From assembly GCA_965216755.1 (NCBI GenBank), contig CBDCGL010000011.1, forward strand, positions 960,001 to 1,024,000: a stretch of 64,000 nt of DNA, given 5' to 3'. This DNA is from Alphaproteobacteria bacterium. GTDB lineage: Bacteria > Pseudomonadota > Alphaproteobacteria > UBA7887. Positions within the stretch are counted from its first letter, which is position 1; every line of letters begins with the position of its first letter. A model generated the notes under the pieces. The model was given only the letters and a program-made list of their open reading frames with translations, was not told the origin of the DNA and did no database searches. This document shows, piece by piece, positions 11,350-20,315 of the stretch. The position numbers and the translations under genes were made by a program.

Positions 11350-11841
11350 ATGCATGAATTGGACGCTGTCGACATACGCATCCTTGCCACACTGCAAGCG
11401 AACGCGCGCTTGGCCAATGTCGATTTGGCGCGGGAAGTTGGGCTATCGCCGTCGCCCTGCCTGCGCCGAGTCCGAGCGCTCGAAGACGCCGGCATCATTC
11501 GGCGCTATGTCACGGTATTGGACCAGGCCGCGATTGGCCTGCCGGTGAGCGTCTTTGTCCATGTCACCTTGGAACGCCAAATCGAGAGCGCCTTGGAGTC
11601 GTTTGAAGACGCTGTTCAAAAGTGGCCTGAGGTCGTCGAGTGCTATTTGATGACCGGCGACGCCGACTATTTAATGCGCGTCGTCGTGCGGGACTTGGCC
11701 GCTTATGAGGAATTCCTAAAGGTCCATTTGACCCGAATTGCCGGTGTGCGCAGCATCAAGTCGAGCTTTGCGTTGAAACAAGTTGCGTACCGGACCGCAC
11801 TTCCCCTTGGGGCCAGCGACCCTATGGCGAACCCCGGCTAG
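11350..11841 (+). CDS. Lrp/AsnC family transcriptional regulator
   Basis: LDAVDIRIL...GLSPSPCLRRVRALE HTH, ECYLMTGDADY RAM domain; divergent from the E1 gene. Confidence 0.95.
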   Translation: MHELDAVDIRILATLQANARLANVDLAREVGLSPSPCLRRVRALEDAGIIRRYVTVLDQAAIGLPVSVFVHVTLERQIESALESFEDAVQKWPEVVECYLMTGDADYLMRVVVRDLAAYEEFLKVHLTRIAGVRSIKSSFALKQVAYRTALPLGASDPMANPG

Positions 11842-11995
11842 ATGACGTTCCGACGACATGATACCAGTTCGATTGCAGTTTGGGCATTTCCGTGACAGTT
11901 TACTAAATATACAGCATATAGAAATATTTTACCCGGGCATACAAAATATGGTGTACTTAGTAAATAGTAAACTGTCACCGGAATACCGAAATGTG

Positions 11996-12775
11996 CTAGT
12001 CTTTTTTGCCGAGCGCGTTGCGCCGCGCGGTGCGCCGTTGAACCGCTTCCTCGTCGCGGGCCATCAATACAACTTGATCCTGTTCCAGATATGCCGTCGC
12101 TGGCGGCGCGAAATAGCGATTCACGGATTCCTTGACCATTTGCTGGGCAATACGTGGCTTCTCAACAATCTCAGCGGCCATGCGGTGTGCCGCTCGGAGC
12201 GGGTCTTGGTCAATCTGCTCACACAGCCCCCAGGCCAACGCCGTTTCGGCATCGACGCGACGGGATAACGCACCAATCAGTTTGGCACGCGCGGGGCCAA
12301 CCAGATTCCCGATTCGCGCCAAGCTGTTCCAGGTGTAGTTGATACCAAGCTCAACCTCAGGCGCCCACAGCTGCGTGCCCGGTGCCAAAATTCGAAAGTC
12401 ACAACTGACCGCCAGCGACAGCCCGCCACCGATCGCCGCGCCACGAACCGCGGCAATAGTCATCGGCCGCAACCTCTCCCACGCGGCGCACATGTCCGCC
12501 CCACTACGCGCAATGCGCCGGGCCGCGGCCAACGGTTGGCCAAAACCAAAGGCACCCGATTCGGCAATATCCGCCCCGGCACAAAACACAGACCCGGCAC
12601 CTGTGACGATGACGCATGACAAGTCATCCTGCTCGTCGAGCCGCTCCGCAACAGCTTTCAACTCGCCGCGCAATTGACTCGACAACGCGTTGCGCTTCGC
12701 CGGCCGGTCCAGCGTCACGACCGCGACGGCACCATCTTGCGTCAGGGTCAAGTTCTCATATTCCATAAATATCAA
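11996..12775 (-). CDS. Enoyl-CoA hydratase/isomerase family protein
   Basis: LDRPAKRNAL, FCAGADI, GAAIGGGLSLAVSCDFR, PEVELG. Confidence 0.92.
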   Translation of the reverse strand: MIFMEYENLTLTQDGAVAVVTLDRPAKRNALSSQLRGELKAVAERLDEQDDLSCVIVTGAGSVFCAGADIAESGAFGFGQPLAAARRIARSGADMCAAWERLRPMTIAAVRGAAIGGGLSLAVSCDFRILAPGTQLWAPEVELGINYTWNSLARIGNLVGPARAKLIGALSRRVDAETALAWGLCEQIDQDPLRAAHRMAAEIVEKPRIAQQMVKESVNRYFAPPATAYLEQDQVVLMARDEEAVQRRTARRNALGKKD

Positions 12776-12793
12776 CCCCTTTAAGGACTTTTC

Positions 12794-14179
12794 TCATTTC
12801 TTCAATAAATTTCGAACTTGAGTGGCGCAAGGTATGCGTCCGCGCTGGACATAGGCCGCGTGGTTATTGCCGAATTCCGCAAGCTTGTAGAGATAATTGA
12901 CCATGAGACCCGCCGAAGCCCGCAAGCCACGCGGCGACACGTCTGCCAACCAATTCAGCCGTTCCAAACGTGCCCCGTTCGAAAGATGGAAATGCGCCAC
13001 CGGGTCCCTCGCCCGACCGTTCTTCTTTTCCCGCAACAAATAGTGTGCACCGAGACGCAAGAGCAAGCCACGAACATCTGGAGTGGGCGCAACGAGTGCA
13101 TCCGACTCCGTGGTCAGCAATGCGCGTACTTGTTCAGCCTCGTCCTCTGAGACCGGTATATTTTCGGCACGCAACTCCAACGACCGCCGCAGCCAAGTGA
13201 GAAAACCCGGTAGCGGTGATAAGGTCGCAAAAATTCGCAAATTCGGAAGCTCACGTTGAATCTCAGCAACAACGTTTTTTATCAATACATTTCCGAAACT
13301 TATTCCAGATAAACCCTTTTGTGCATTAGAAATAGAATAGAAAATCGCCGTGGTCGCCCTGCGCGGATCAAGCACGGGCGCCGTTTCATCCAGCAAACTT
13401 TGAATATTCTCTGACAACTCGTTCACGAGCGCGATTTCCACGAAGATCAGCGGTTCCTCAGGCATACAAGGATGAAAAAACGCAAAGCACCGTCGGTCGA
13501 GATCCAGACGGTTCTTCAAGTCACTCCACGAGCGGATTTCGTGCACCGCCTCATATATGGACAGCTTTTCCAAAAGGGCCGCCGGCGAAGACCAAGTGAT
13601 ACGGCGCAATTCAAGCAACCCGACGTCAAACCAAGACGCCAGCAACGACTTAAGGTCGTCCTCCAGCGGAGACAGCTCCGGCTCGTCCGGCAACCATCCA
13701 ATCAACTCCGCCCGTAGGTCTACCAAAAATTTGACACCTTGCGGCAATGAATTGAATTGTCGTAACAAAATGATCCGACGCGCCGTTAACGCTTCGCGCA
13801 ATGCGCGTTCGGCTTGCCGGCGCGAATCAGGGCCTTGCGCATGCTGTCGCGCGACAATCGCATCATCGATATCGGATTCCGAGACATCAAAATCGCGGGC
13901 CAGAATCAAGAGAAATCGACGGCGCCCAACTTCGTTGAGCCCAAGATACGCGCTTCCGAGTTCGGCAGCACGGGTGCGGGCACTCACTTCGTCGCCGCCC
14001 GAATCGATACACGCCCGCATTTCCGCGCGCATGCGCCCCACTTCCGGATCCGGCAGGGTCGGCGTCCAGCCCGCCGCGCCGGGCCGCCTGGACGCCCCGA
14101 GAAAATCTCGCCAAACATCGCCAAACCGGGCCAACGTGCGATCAAGGAAAGTCGCATTGGCACCTGAGGTCTCTGACAT
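12794..14179 (-). CDS. Malonyl-CoA decarboxylase
   Basis: YEAVHEI, DRRCFAFFHP, FYSISN, GISFGN, TLSP.PGF, DPVAHFHLSNGA, MVNYLY. Confidence 0.93.
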   Translation of the reverse strand: MSETSGANATFLDRTLARFGDVWRDFLGASRRPGAAGWTPTLPDPEVGRMRAEMRACIDSGGDEVSARTRAAELGSAYLGLNEVGRRRFLLILARDFDVSESDIDDAIVARQHAQGPDSRRQAERALREALTARRIILLRQFNSLPQGVKFLVDLRAELIGWLPDEPELSPLEDDLKSLLASWFDVGLLELRRITWSSPAALLEKLSIYEAVHEIRSWSDLKNRLDLDRRCFAFFHPCMPEEPLIFVEIALVNELSENIQSLLDETAPVLDPRRATTAIFYSISNAQKGLSGISFGNVLIKNVVAEIQRELPNLRIFATLSPLPGFLTWLRRSLELRAENIPVSEDEAEQVRALLTTESDALVAPTPDVRGLLLRLGAHYLLREKKNGRARDPVAHFHLSNGARLERLNWLADVSPRGLRASAGLMVNYLYKLAEFGNNHAAYVQRGRIPCATQVRNLLKK

Positions 14180-14197
14180 TATCCGCGACCCCTTGCG

Positions 14198-15718
14198 CTA
14201 ACCTTTACATGCGCTGGCGAACGCCGCGCCAATCGCATTGAGCAACCCTTCCGACGTCACGCCAACACCGGATAAGCGCCCAGCCTCACCATGAATCCAC
14301 ACGCTCATGCAGGCCGCCTCGAACGCCGGCACTTGCCGCGTCACCATGGCCAAGACAATTCCGGCGAGCACATCGCCGGAACCGGCGGTTGCCAGATTCG
14401 GCGGCGCATTCGTGTTGATGACCGACCGACCATCCGGCGCAGCGACGATGGTATCAGATCCCTTTAGAACTACAATACAACTGCTTATCTCTGCCGCCTT
14501 TCTACATAAATCAAGTTTTGATATCGAATCATTTGTTATTTCAGGAAAAATCCTAGCGAATTCGCCCGCATGTGGCGTCAACACCCAAGAAGCCCCTGGA
14601 CAACGCGCCCGCGCCTGCCACAGGACCTGCGGATCATCTTGAAAAATCGTCAGGGCGTCTGCGTCTAATACTAAGGATTTGCCGGTTTCAGCGGCGGCCA
14701 ATACGCGACTTTTTGTGGCGCGTTTGACACCGGTTCCAGGACCGATTAGAAACGAACTTATTTTTTTATTTTCAGTAATTTTCGTGAATTTTTTGTCTTC
14801 TTTATTCAAGTCGTCGTCAACCGGCCGCAGCATCTCGGACGTCATTTGGCTGGCATAGACATCGCGCGCCGATTCGGGGACTGCAATTGTGACCAGTCCG
14901 GCACCCGCGCGCAGAGCCGCTGCAGCGGCAAGACGCGCCGCCCCTGTGCTCGATGCGCCACCACCGACCACCACGGCGTGACCGTGCTCGTACTTGTGCA
15001 TTTCTGCCAATTGCTGTGGCATTTCAGCGCGCCAAATGTCGGGATTGTTGCACCATTGCGGGCCGGCAACAGTCCTGACAATAGCATCGTCGATACCGAT
15101 ATCGGCGATGTGCAGGACGCCGCAGTGGCCGCGACCGGGCAGCAGGTAATGGCCGGGCTTCGGCCGACAAAATGTCACGGTAAGCGCCGCCCGAGTCGCT
15201 TGCCCCATGATCTGACCGCTATCGCCGTGAACACCCGATGGCATATCGATGGCCACAGCCGGCAGTTCGCGGTCGTGGACAGCACGCAGCGTATCCGCAG
15301 CCACGCCTTCGATCGGCCGGGACAAGCCGGCCCCGAATAAGGCATCGACAACCAGAGATTGACCGGCCATGACGGTGGGCCCCAAGGGCACTACGGGTCC
15401 GTGCCATCGGTCCGCCATGGTGGCAGCGTCGCCACGCATTTCCTCTCGCGCGCCCAGCAGTGCGACGGTCACTGGCCATCGTGCCGCCGCCAGGCGCCGG
15501 GCAACCCCGAACCCGTCGCCACCGTTGTTTCCGGGCCCGCAAATGACCACGGTCGGCCGAGGCGTCCAGCGTCGCCGAATCGCCCGCGCAACGGCAGCGG
15601 CCGCCTGATCCATCAGGTATATCCCAGGCATACTTTCTTGCATACTTTGGATGTCGGCCCAATACATTTGCTTTATCGACAAGACCACATGCGCAAGCGC
15701 TCTATCTGCTTGCGACAT
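14198..15718 (-). CDS. nnr: Bifunctional NAD(P)H-hydrate epimerase/dehydratase (YjeF)
   Basis: CGPGNNGGDG, VDALFGAGL, DMPSG, LDADAL, TPHAGEF, LATAGSGDVLAG; start uncertain (15718-15760). Confidence 0.95.
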   Translation of the reverse strand: MSQADRALAHVVLSIKQMYWADIQSMQESMPGIYLMDQAAAAVARAIRRRWTPRPTVVICGPGNNGGDGFGVARRLAAARWPVTVALLGAREEMRGDAATMADRWHGPVVPLGPTVMAGQSLVVDALFGAGLSRPIEGVAADTLRAVHDRELPAVAIDMPSGVHGDSGQIMGQATRAALTVTFCRPKPGHYLLPGRGHCGVLHIADIGIDDAIVRTVAGPQWCNNPDIWRAEMPQQLAEMHKYEHGHAVVVGGGASSTGAARLAAAAALRAGAGLVTIAVPESARDVYASQMTSEMLRPVDDDLNKEDKKFTKITENKKISSFLIGPGTGVKRATKSRVLAAAETGKSLVLDADALTIFQDDPQVLWQARARCPGASWVLTPHAGEFARIFPEITNDSISKLDLCRKAAEISSCIVVLKGSDTIVAAPDGRSVINTNAPPNLATAGSGDVLAGIVLAMVTRQVPAFEAACMSVWIHGEAGRLSGVGVTSEGLLNAIGAAFASACKG

Positions 15719-15913
15719 CGACCGAGTGTCCTGCATGTTCATTTTACTGAATGTTACCAAACACTTAGTTCACGATCTACCGCAACGGGCGAAAAAGAAC
15801 TACCGACAAGGAAATGATCAACTACTTTTGATGTTGAGTCATTTCTGCTTGGCAATAAGCTCGAAATGAGGTAGTACTGTGCACTCGATTCAGCCTCCTC
15901 ATACCCCGTCCCA

Positions 15914-16351
15914 GTGGAACCAGTTATGACTGCCGATGACGCAAAGAGCAATGCCGCGCGGATGCCGTGGTCCGTGAAAGGAATTGAGCCCGAGATCCGA
16001 CAATTGGCCAAGATCGCGGCCCGTCGGCGCGGCATGACGATCGGTGGTTGGTTAACTGAGATTATCCGTGCCGCCGCCGTCGACTCGCCCGACGCCACGG
16101 GAAGCGCCGGCACGACCGTTGATGCCGAATCTGTCGAAGCGGTACAAACCGCCATGTCTGAACTGATGTCCCGGGTTGAGACGTTAGAGACGCGCATGGA
16201 CCAAACTCTGACACCGCTGGCGCGCGCCGTGGTGAAGATCGCCGAACGTCTGGACCAGCTTGAATACGGTACCGGCGAATTGGATACGCCTGACCGCGAA
16301 CAGCGTTTCGGATGGCTCTATCGAACTTTTGGCCAGGACGAGCGACCTTAG
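15914..16351 (+). CDS. Small protein with PodJ-like N-terminal motif and coiled coil
   Basis: PWSVKGI...AARRRGMTIGGWL matches the recalled PodJ N-terminus; only 145 aa. Confidence 0.7.
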   Translation: MEPVMTADDAKSNAARMPWSVKGIEPEIRQLAKIAARRRGMTIGGWLTEIIRAAAVDSPDATGSAGTTVDAESVEAVQTAMSELMSRVETLETRMDQTLTPLARAVVKIAERLDQLEYGTGELDTPDREQRFGWLYRTFGQDERP

Positions 16352-16496
16352 CGAAGCAACCGCTGGCACGCGTGCTGGATTCCAACTCGTTTCCCAAACG
16401 ACACGACCCCGTTGCACGTATGTGACGGCACGCATGTTGTTGCGGGTCTGCAACAGGCGTGTTTGCGGCCATTCGACCCATCCACTTTGACAGATC

Positions 16497-16514
16497 ATGT
16501 AATAAAAATGACAC
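16497..16514 (+). promoter_or_regulatory. Possible Pho box upstream of phosphate porin
   Basis: ATGTAAT-AAAA-ATGACAC versus consensus CTGTCAT-AAAA-CTGTCAC (14/18); ~200 bp upstream of the OprO/P-like gene. Confidence 0.4.
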
Positions 16515-16710
16515 CGTGTGTGCGCCATTAAGGGCACGCGGTTCCTATCCACGGTCCGCTCAAATTCGATGCGCGTGCGTGCATCGGATTGGTGCCGGAC
16601 GCGCACTTGACGCGCGCTCCCGGCAAGCGATGGACAGTCGGTTGCAGAGGTCGGAGTAACGATCACCACCCACGCGCCACACTGTCCTGACGTTCAATCT
16701 GGAAAATCAA

Positions 16711-18135
16711 GTGTGGGTCATAATGTCTTGTTTTAAAACACAACTATCCCTTGGAACGGCACTCTGTCTGGTCCTTGGTGCCGGTCAGGCTTGGGCGCAG
16801 GATGCCGCGCTCGAGTCGCGAATCCAAGATCTCGAAAAGGAACTCATTTTGTTGAAGCGGCAACTTGAAAGCCAGGTTCAACAAGCACAGGAAGAGGCTG
16901 CGGCAGCGCGCGCGCAAGCCGAGGAAGTCGCAGGGCCAAGGCTTAAGATGAAGGGACCACGGCCGACGCTTGAATCGGCAGACGGGCGTTATTCCATTGG
17001 CCTCCGCGGCCGGATTCATTTCGATGCCGTCGCGTTCGATGTCGACGGGGGGAGCCCGATAGGCGATCTCAACAGTGGCACCAACTTCCGCCGCGCCCGC
17101 CTGGGGGTTGGCGGCAAGATCGACGGTGATTTTCGCTATCGCATCGCTTACGACGCCGGCGGCAGCAGCATCAGCGGAACGTCGGCGGGCATTGACGTCG
17201 CGTATCTTCAATATCGCGGCTTCAAGCCACTTAAACTAACGATTGGTAAGCACAAGGTACCGAGCAACTTCGAAGAGCAAACCAGCTCCAACAATATCAA
17301 CTTTATGGAGCGCTCGCTGGCCACGAACTTGGCCACCGGCCCCGCCGCGGGCAAACGCCCGGCGGTTTCAGCCATTGCGAACACCGATTTCCTCTATGTC
17401 GGTGGCGCGATATCGTTCGATGATGAAGGTACCGCGACCTTGGACGAAGGGCCGGCGCTCAACGGTCGTATCGCCGTGTTTCCCATCAACAATGACGAGA
17501 TGACCGTTCACCTCGGCGTGAACGGCTGGTACACGCCCGACCCTGCCGGCCGGATCAGATTTCGGGATCGGCCGGAAATTCGTGTCGATGGGACGCGTTT
17601 CATCGATGCCTCAAGCACCAGCGGCACAGATGGCGCCGGCAACGTCTTGCGACCTGAGGACGCGTTCAATGTCGGCCTCGAAGCCGCCGGCGCGTTCGGC
17701 CCGTTTTGGGCCCAGGCCGAATACAACATGTTCGGTTTCCGGCCGACATCAAACGGCGTGACCCAACCGGCTGACGTTTCGTTCGACGCCTACTATGTCC
17801 AAGCCGGTTTCATCGTCACCGGCGAACGCAAGCGCTACAGCAAATCAAACGCGGCCTGGGGCGGTGTGAAACCAAAGGACAACTTCAACATGGACGCCGG
17901 TCATTTCGGTGCCCTTGAAGTCGCGGCGCGTTACAGCAAAGCCGATTTGGATGATGGCACGGTTCTTGGCGGTGAAGAGACCAATTTCACGATCGGCGTG
18001 AACTGGTACCTCAACCCCAACATTCGGATTCTCTTCAACTGGGTCATGGCCGACGTTGATCGTCGCGATTCAACGGGCGTTCAACTTGGCGACGATTTCA
18101 ACGCATTTGGCGTCCGTTTCCAGGTCAATTGGTAA
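16711..18135 (+). CDS. OprO/OprP family phosphate/anion-selective porin
   Basis: Signal peptide AWA, periplasmic coiled coil, FRRARLG, FMERS, RPEIRV, GVNWYLN, terminal FQVNW. Confidence 0.9.
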   Translation: MWVIMSCFKTQLSLGTALCLVLGAGQAWAQDAALESRIQDLEKELILLKRQLESQVQQAQEEAAAARAQAEEVAGPRLKMKGPRPTLESADGRYSIGLRGRIHFDAVAFDVDGGSPIGDLNSGTNFRRARLGVGGKIDGDFRYRIAYDAGGSSISGTSAGIDVAYLQYRGFKPLKLTIGKHKVPSNFEEQTSSNNINFMERSLATNLATGPAAGKRPAVSAIANTDFLYVGGAISFDDEGTATLDEGPALNGRIAVFPINNDEMTVHLGVNGWYTPDPAGRIRFRDRPEIRVDGTRFIDASSTSGTDGAGNVLRPEDAFNVGLEAAGAFGPFWAQAEYNMFGFRPTSNGVTQPADVSFDAYYVQAGFIVTGERKRYSKSNAAWGGVKPKDNFNMDAGHFGALEVAARYSKADLDDGTVLGGEETNFTIGVNWYLNPNIRILFNWVMADVDRRDSTGVQLGDDFNAFGVRFQVNW

Positions 18136-18193
18136 CAGGATCCGATCGTTTTTCGAAACCAGCGAGGTTTCGGACCAGACGGCCTCCCAGCCC

Positions 18194-18224
18194 GGCCCCG
18201 CCCATTCCGCGGGGCCAATTTCTT
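18194..18224 (+). terminator. Probable terminator after porin
   Basis: GGCCCCGC-CCATTCC-GCGGGGCC followed by AATTTCTT. Confidence 0.55.
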
Positions 18225-18472
18225 GGCCTGCGTGGACAATAGACATAGGAAGCCGTGTCTCCACACACTTTCGTGCTAAGAACCTAATGCTGCCAATTTT
18301 CTAGCTGACATTGCATTTGTCGCGCAATAACTATCATTCTAATCTAACTTCTGTTTCTTCGTCCTGGATCGTGCTGAATAACGATCGAACGCCATCTGCG
18401 GAACGCTTGATCGTGCGCAATTGCTTTTGCGCGCGATTAGAGTTGCGTTGTTGGCGCGCTGTGTCGGAGTCT

Positions 18473-18487
18473 TGGCACAGAAATTGC
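18473..18487 (+). promoter_or_regulatory. sigma54 (-24/-12) promoter
   Basis: TGGCACAGAAATTGC is an exact TGGCAC-N5-TTGC consensus match. Confidence 0.8.
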
Positions 18488-18498
18488 GGTGACTCACT

Positions 18499-18639
18499 TG
18501 GGCCAACGCAGGCGAACCGCAAACATGACGTCGGCCCACGCATTTGCTGTGGAGAAAAAAGAGCTCCCGAATTGGTGCAATGACCTTCTGGCAAGCCATA
18601 ATTCGCCCTGCAGCACCACCCGCTGCAGGGCATTTTTTT
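18499..18639 (+). ncRNA. Candidate sigma54-dependent small RNA (~140 nt)
   Basis: Bounded by a consensus sigma54 promoter and an intrinsic terminator; no credible ORF or RBS inside. Confidence 0.5.
18605..18639 (+). terminator. Rho-independent terminator
   Basis: GCCCTGCAGC-ACCACCC-GCTGCAGGGC perfect 10-bp stem followed by ATTTTTTT. Confidence 0.85.
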
Positions 18640-18743
18640 AACCAGCCACAATCTATGGCACAGACCCAAACAAAACATAACGCGCAAAAAACTGGTGGTT
18701 GTTTTCAGCCAATTGGATATGGTTGCGCATCTGAAATGAAATC

Positions 18744-20288
18744 ATGGTGGGTCCGGTTTTGTCGTCAAACCGAGCGATTGGAGCTCATGAGGCCTTCGAC
18801 GCCGCTCCATTGCCGGAAATTCCGCCGGTGAATGCGCGCTCGTCGCTCAGACGGCTTCAATGGATCTACGGGCTTGCCTTTGCGGCCCTGGTCCTGGTCG
18901 CCGGCATCGCCGGCGCGTTGGGCCTGGTGACGATGTCACGAACGGCGCAAGAGGCCCAGCGAATCGGCAAGCTGTTGGAGATCGTCGAGACGACGCGCGG
19001 CGACCTCAACCGCCAGATCAAAGAAGTTTCCGACTACCACTTCCTTCCCGACCCAGATGCCAAACAACAGTTTGAGGCCTATGGAGAAACCATCGAAGCG
19101 AACTTCGTTGCCCTCGCGGCGTTGGCATTGACCACCGACGAACGCGCCGCCGTTGATCGCCTAACCGAGGCCTATTTGGCGGCACGCTCACACACGCTAC
19201 GGCTGATGGACGCCGCGCCGGGATCGATTCCAGAAGCCGATCGCCTCAAAATGTTCGACACAGAGCTCGAATCGAGCCACATGGACGCGACTGAAGACGC
19301 GTTCAGCGCCGCTGAGGAATTGTTGGTCGTTGGCCGCCTCCAACTGGACGAACGCACCACGGCGATGGTCCGCATTGCGCTAATAGTCATCGTCGTGCCC
19401 GTGGCCCTCTCCGCGGCTCTCCTGCTAGTTGCGCGGTTGTATCTCCAAAGCGCCTTCGTTGCACCACTGCACGACGTTCTCGCAGCCATGGAAATGTATC
19501 GGGCGGGCAATCTCGAATTCCGTGTCCGTGAGCGCGGCGCGGCGGAAATGGTCGATCTTCAACATTCGATCAATCGCATGGCGGGTGACCTGGAACAAAG
19601 CCGCGAGGCGTTGGTGCGGACAGAGAAACAAGCTGCGCTCGGTGCCTTGGTCCCCGTGATCGCGCACAATATTCGCAACCCACTGGCTAGCATTCGCGCG
19701 ATCGCGCAGGTGTCTCAAGACGCATCATTGCCGACGGAAACGCGCGAAGCACTGACCAGCATCGTGGGCACCGTCGACCGGCTGAACCATTGGTTGACGG
19801 CCCTATTGTCTTACCTGAATCCGCTGGAGGTACGTCGCGCCCCGGCGAAACTCAGTGATTGCGTCGACCATGCCCTCGTTTTGATGGCACCAAAATTGGC
19901 GGAAAAAGACATAGCGGTGAAACAGCGCGACTGGCCATCAACGAAGCAAACCGAACTGGACGTCGAGTTGATGGAACAGGCCGTCTATGGCCTTTTGGCC
20001 AACGCCTTCGACGCATCTCCCGCTGAAGGGAGACTGACATTGCGCGCCGGCGCCGCGAACGGATCCAACTGGATCACCATAGAAGACCAGGGACCGGGTT
20101 TCCCATTCGCGCCTGACACCAATGGTGTGTTTCCTGGCCCAACCACAAAGACGCGCGGTAGTGGTCTCGGCATTCCCTTCGCCGCGAAAATCTGTGAGCT
20201 ACATGGCGGCGATCTGAAATTCGACAAAGCGCCGGGCGGCGGCGCCCGTGTCACCGTATCGGTTCCAACTCACACGGCGTCGGAATGA
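18744..20288 (+). CDS. Membrane sensor histidine kinase (periplasmic helical sensor, HAMP, HisKA, HATPase)
   Basis: Two TM segments, H-box AHNIRNPL, N-box LLANAFDA, G1 DQGPG, G2 GSGLG. Confidence 0.92.
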   Translation: MVGPVLSSNRAIGAHEAFDAAPLPEIPPVNARSSLRRLQWIYGLAFAALVLVAGIAGALGLVTMSRTAQEAQRIGKLLEIVETTRGDLNRQIKEVSDYHFLPDPDAKQQFEAYGETIEANFVALAALALTTDERAAVDRLTEAYLAARSHTLRLMDAAPGSIPEADRLKMFDTELESSHMDATEDAFSAAEELLVVGRLQLDERTTAMVRIALIVIVVPVALSAALLLVARLYLQSAFVAPLHDVLAAMEMYRAGNLEFRVRERGAAEMVDLQHSINRMAGDLEQSREALVRTEKQAALGALVPVIAHNIRNPLASIRAIAQVSQDASLPTETREALTSIVGTVDRLNHWLTALLSYLNPLEVRRAPAKLSDCVDHALVLMAPKLAEKDIAVKQRDWPSTKQTELDVELMEQAVYGLLANAFDASPAEGRLTLRAGAANGSNWITIEDQGPGFPFAPDTNGVFPGPTTKTRGSGLGIPFAAKICELHGGDLKFDKAPGGGARVTVSVPTHTASE

Positions 20289-20315
20289 TGCCACGCGTGT
20301 CGCTGGGAAATCCGG

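Noticed and set aside
18525-18641. 38-codon ORF MTSAHAF... within the candidate sRNA
   Set aside because: No clear SD, and it runs through the terminator hairpin and U tract; the non-coding interpretation is preferred
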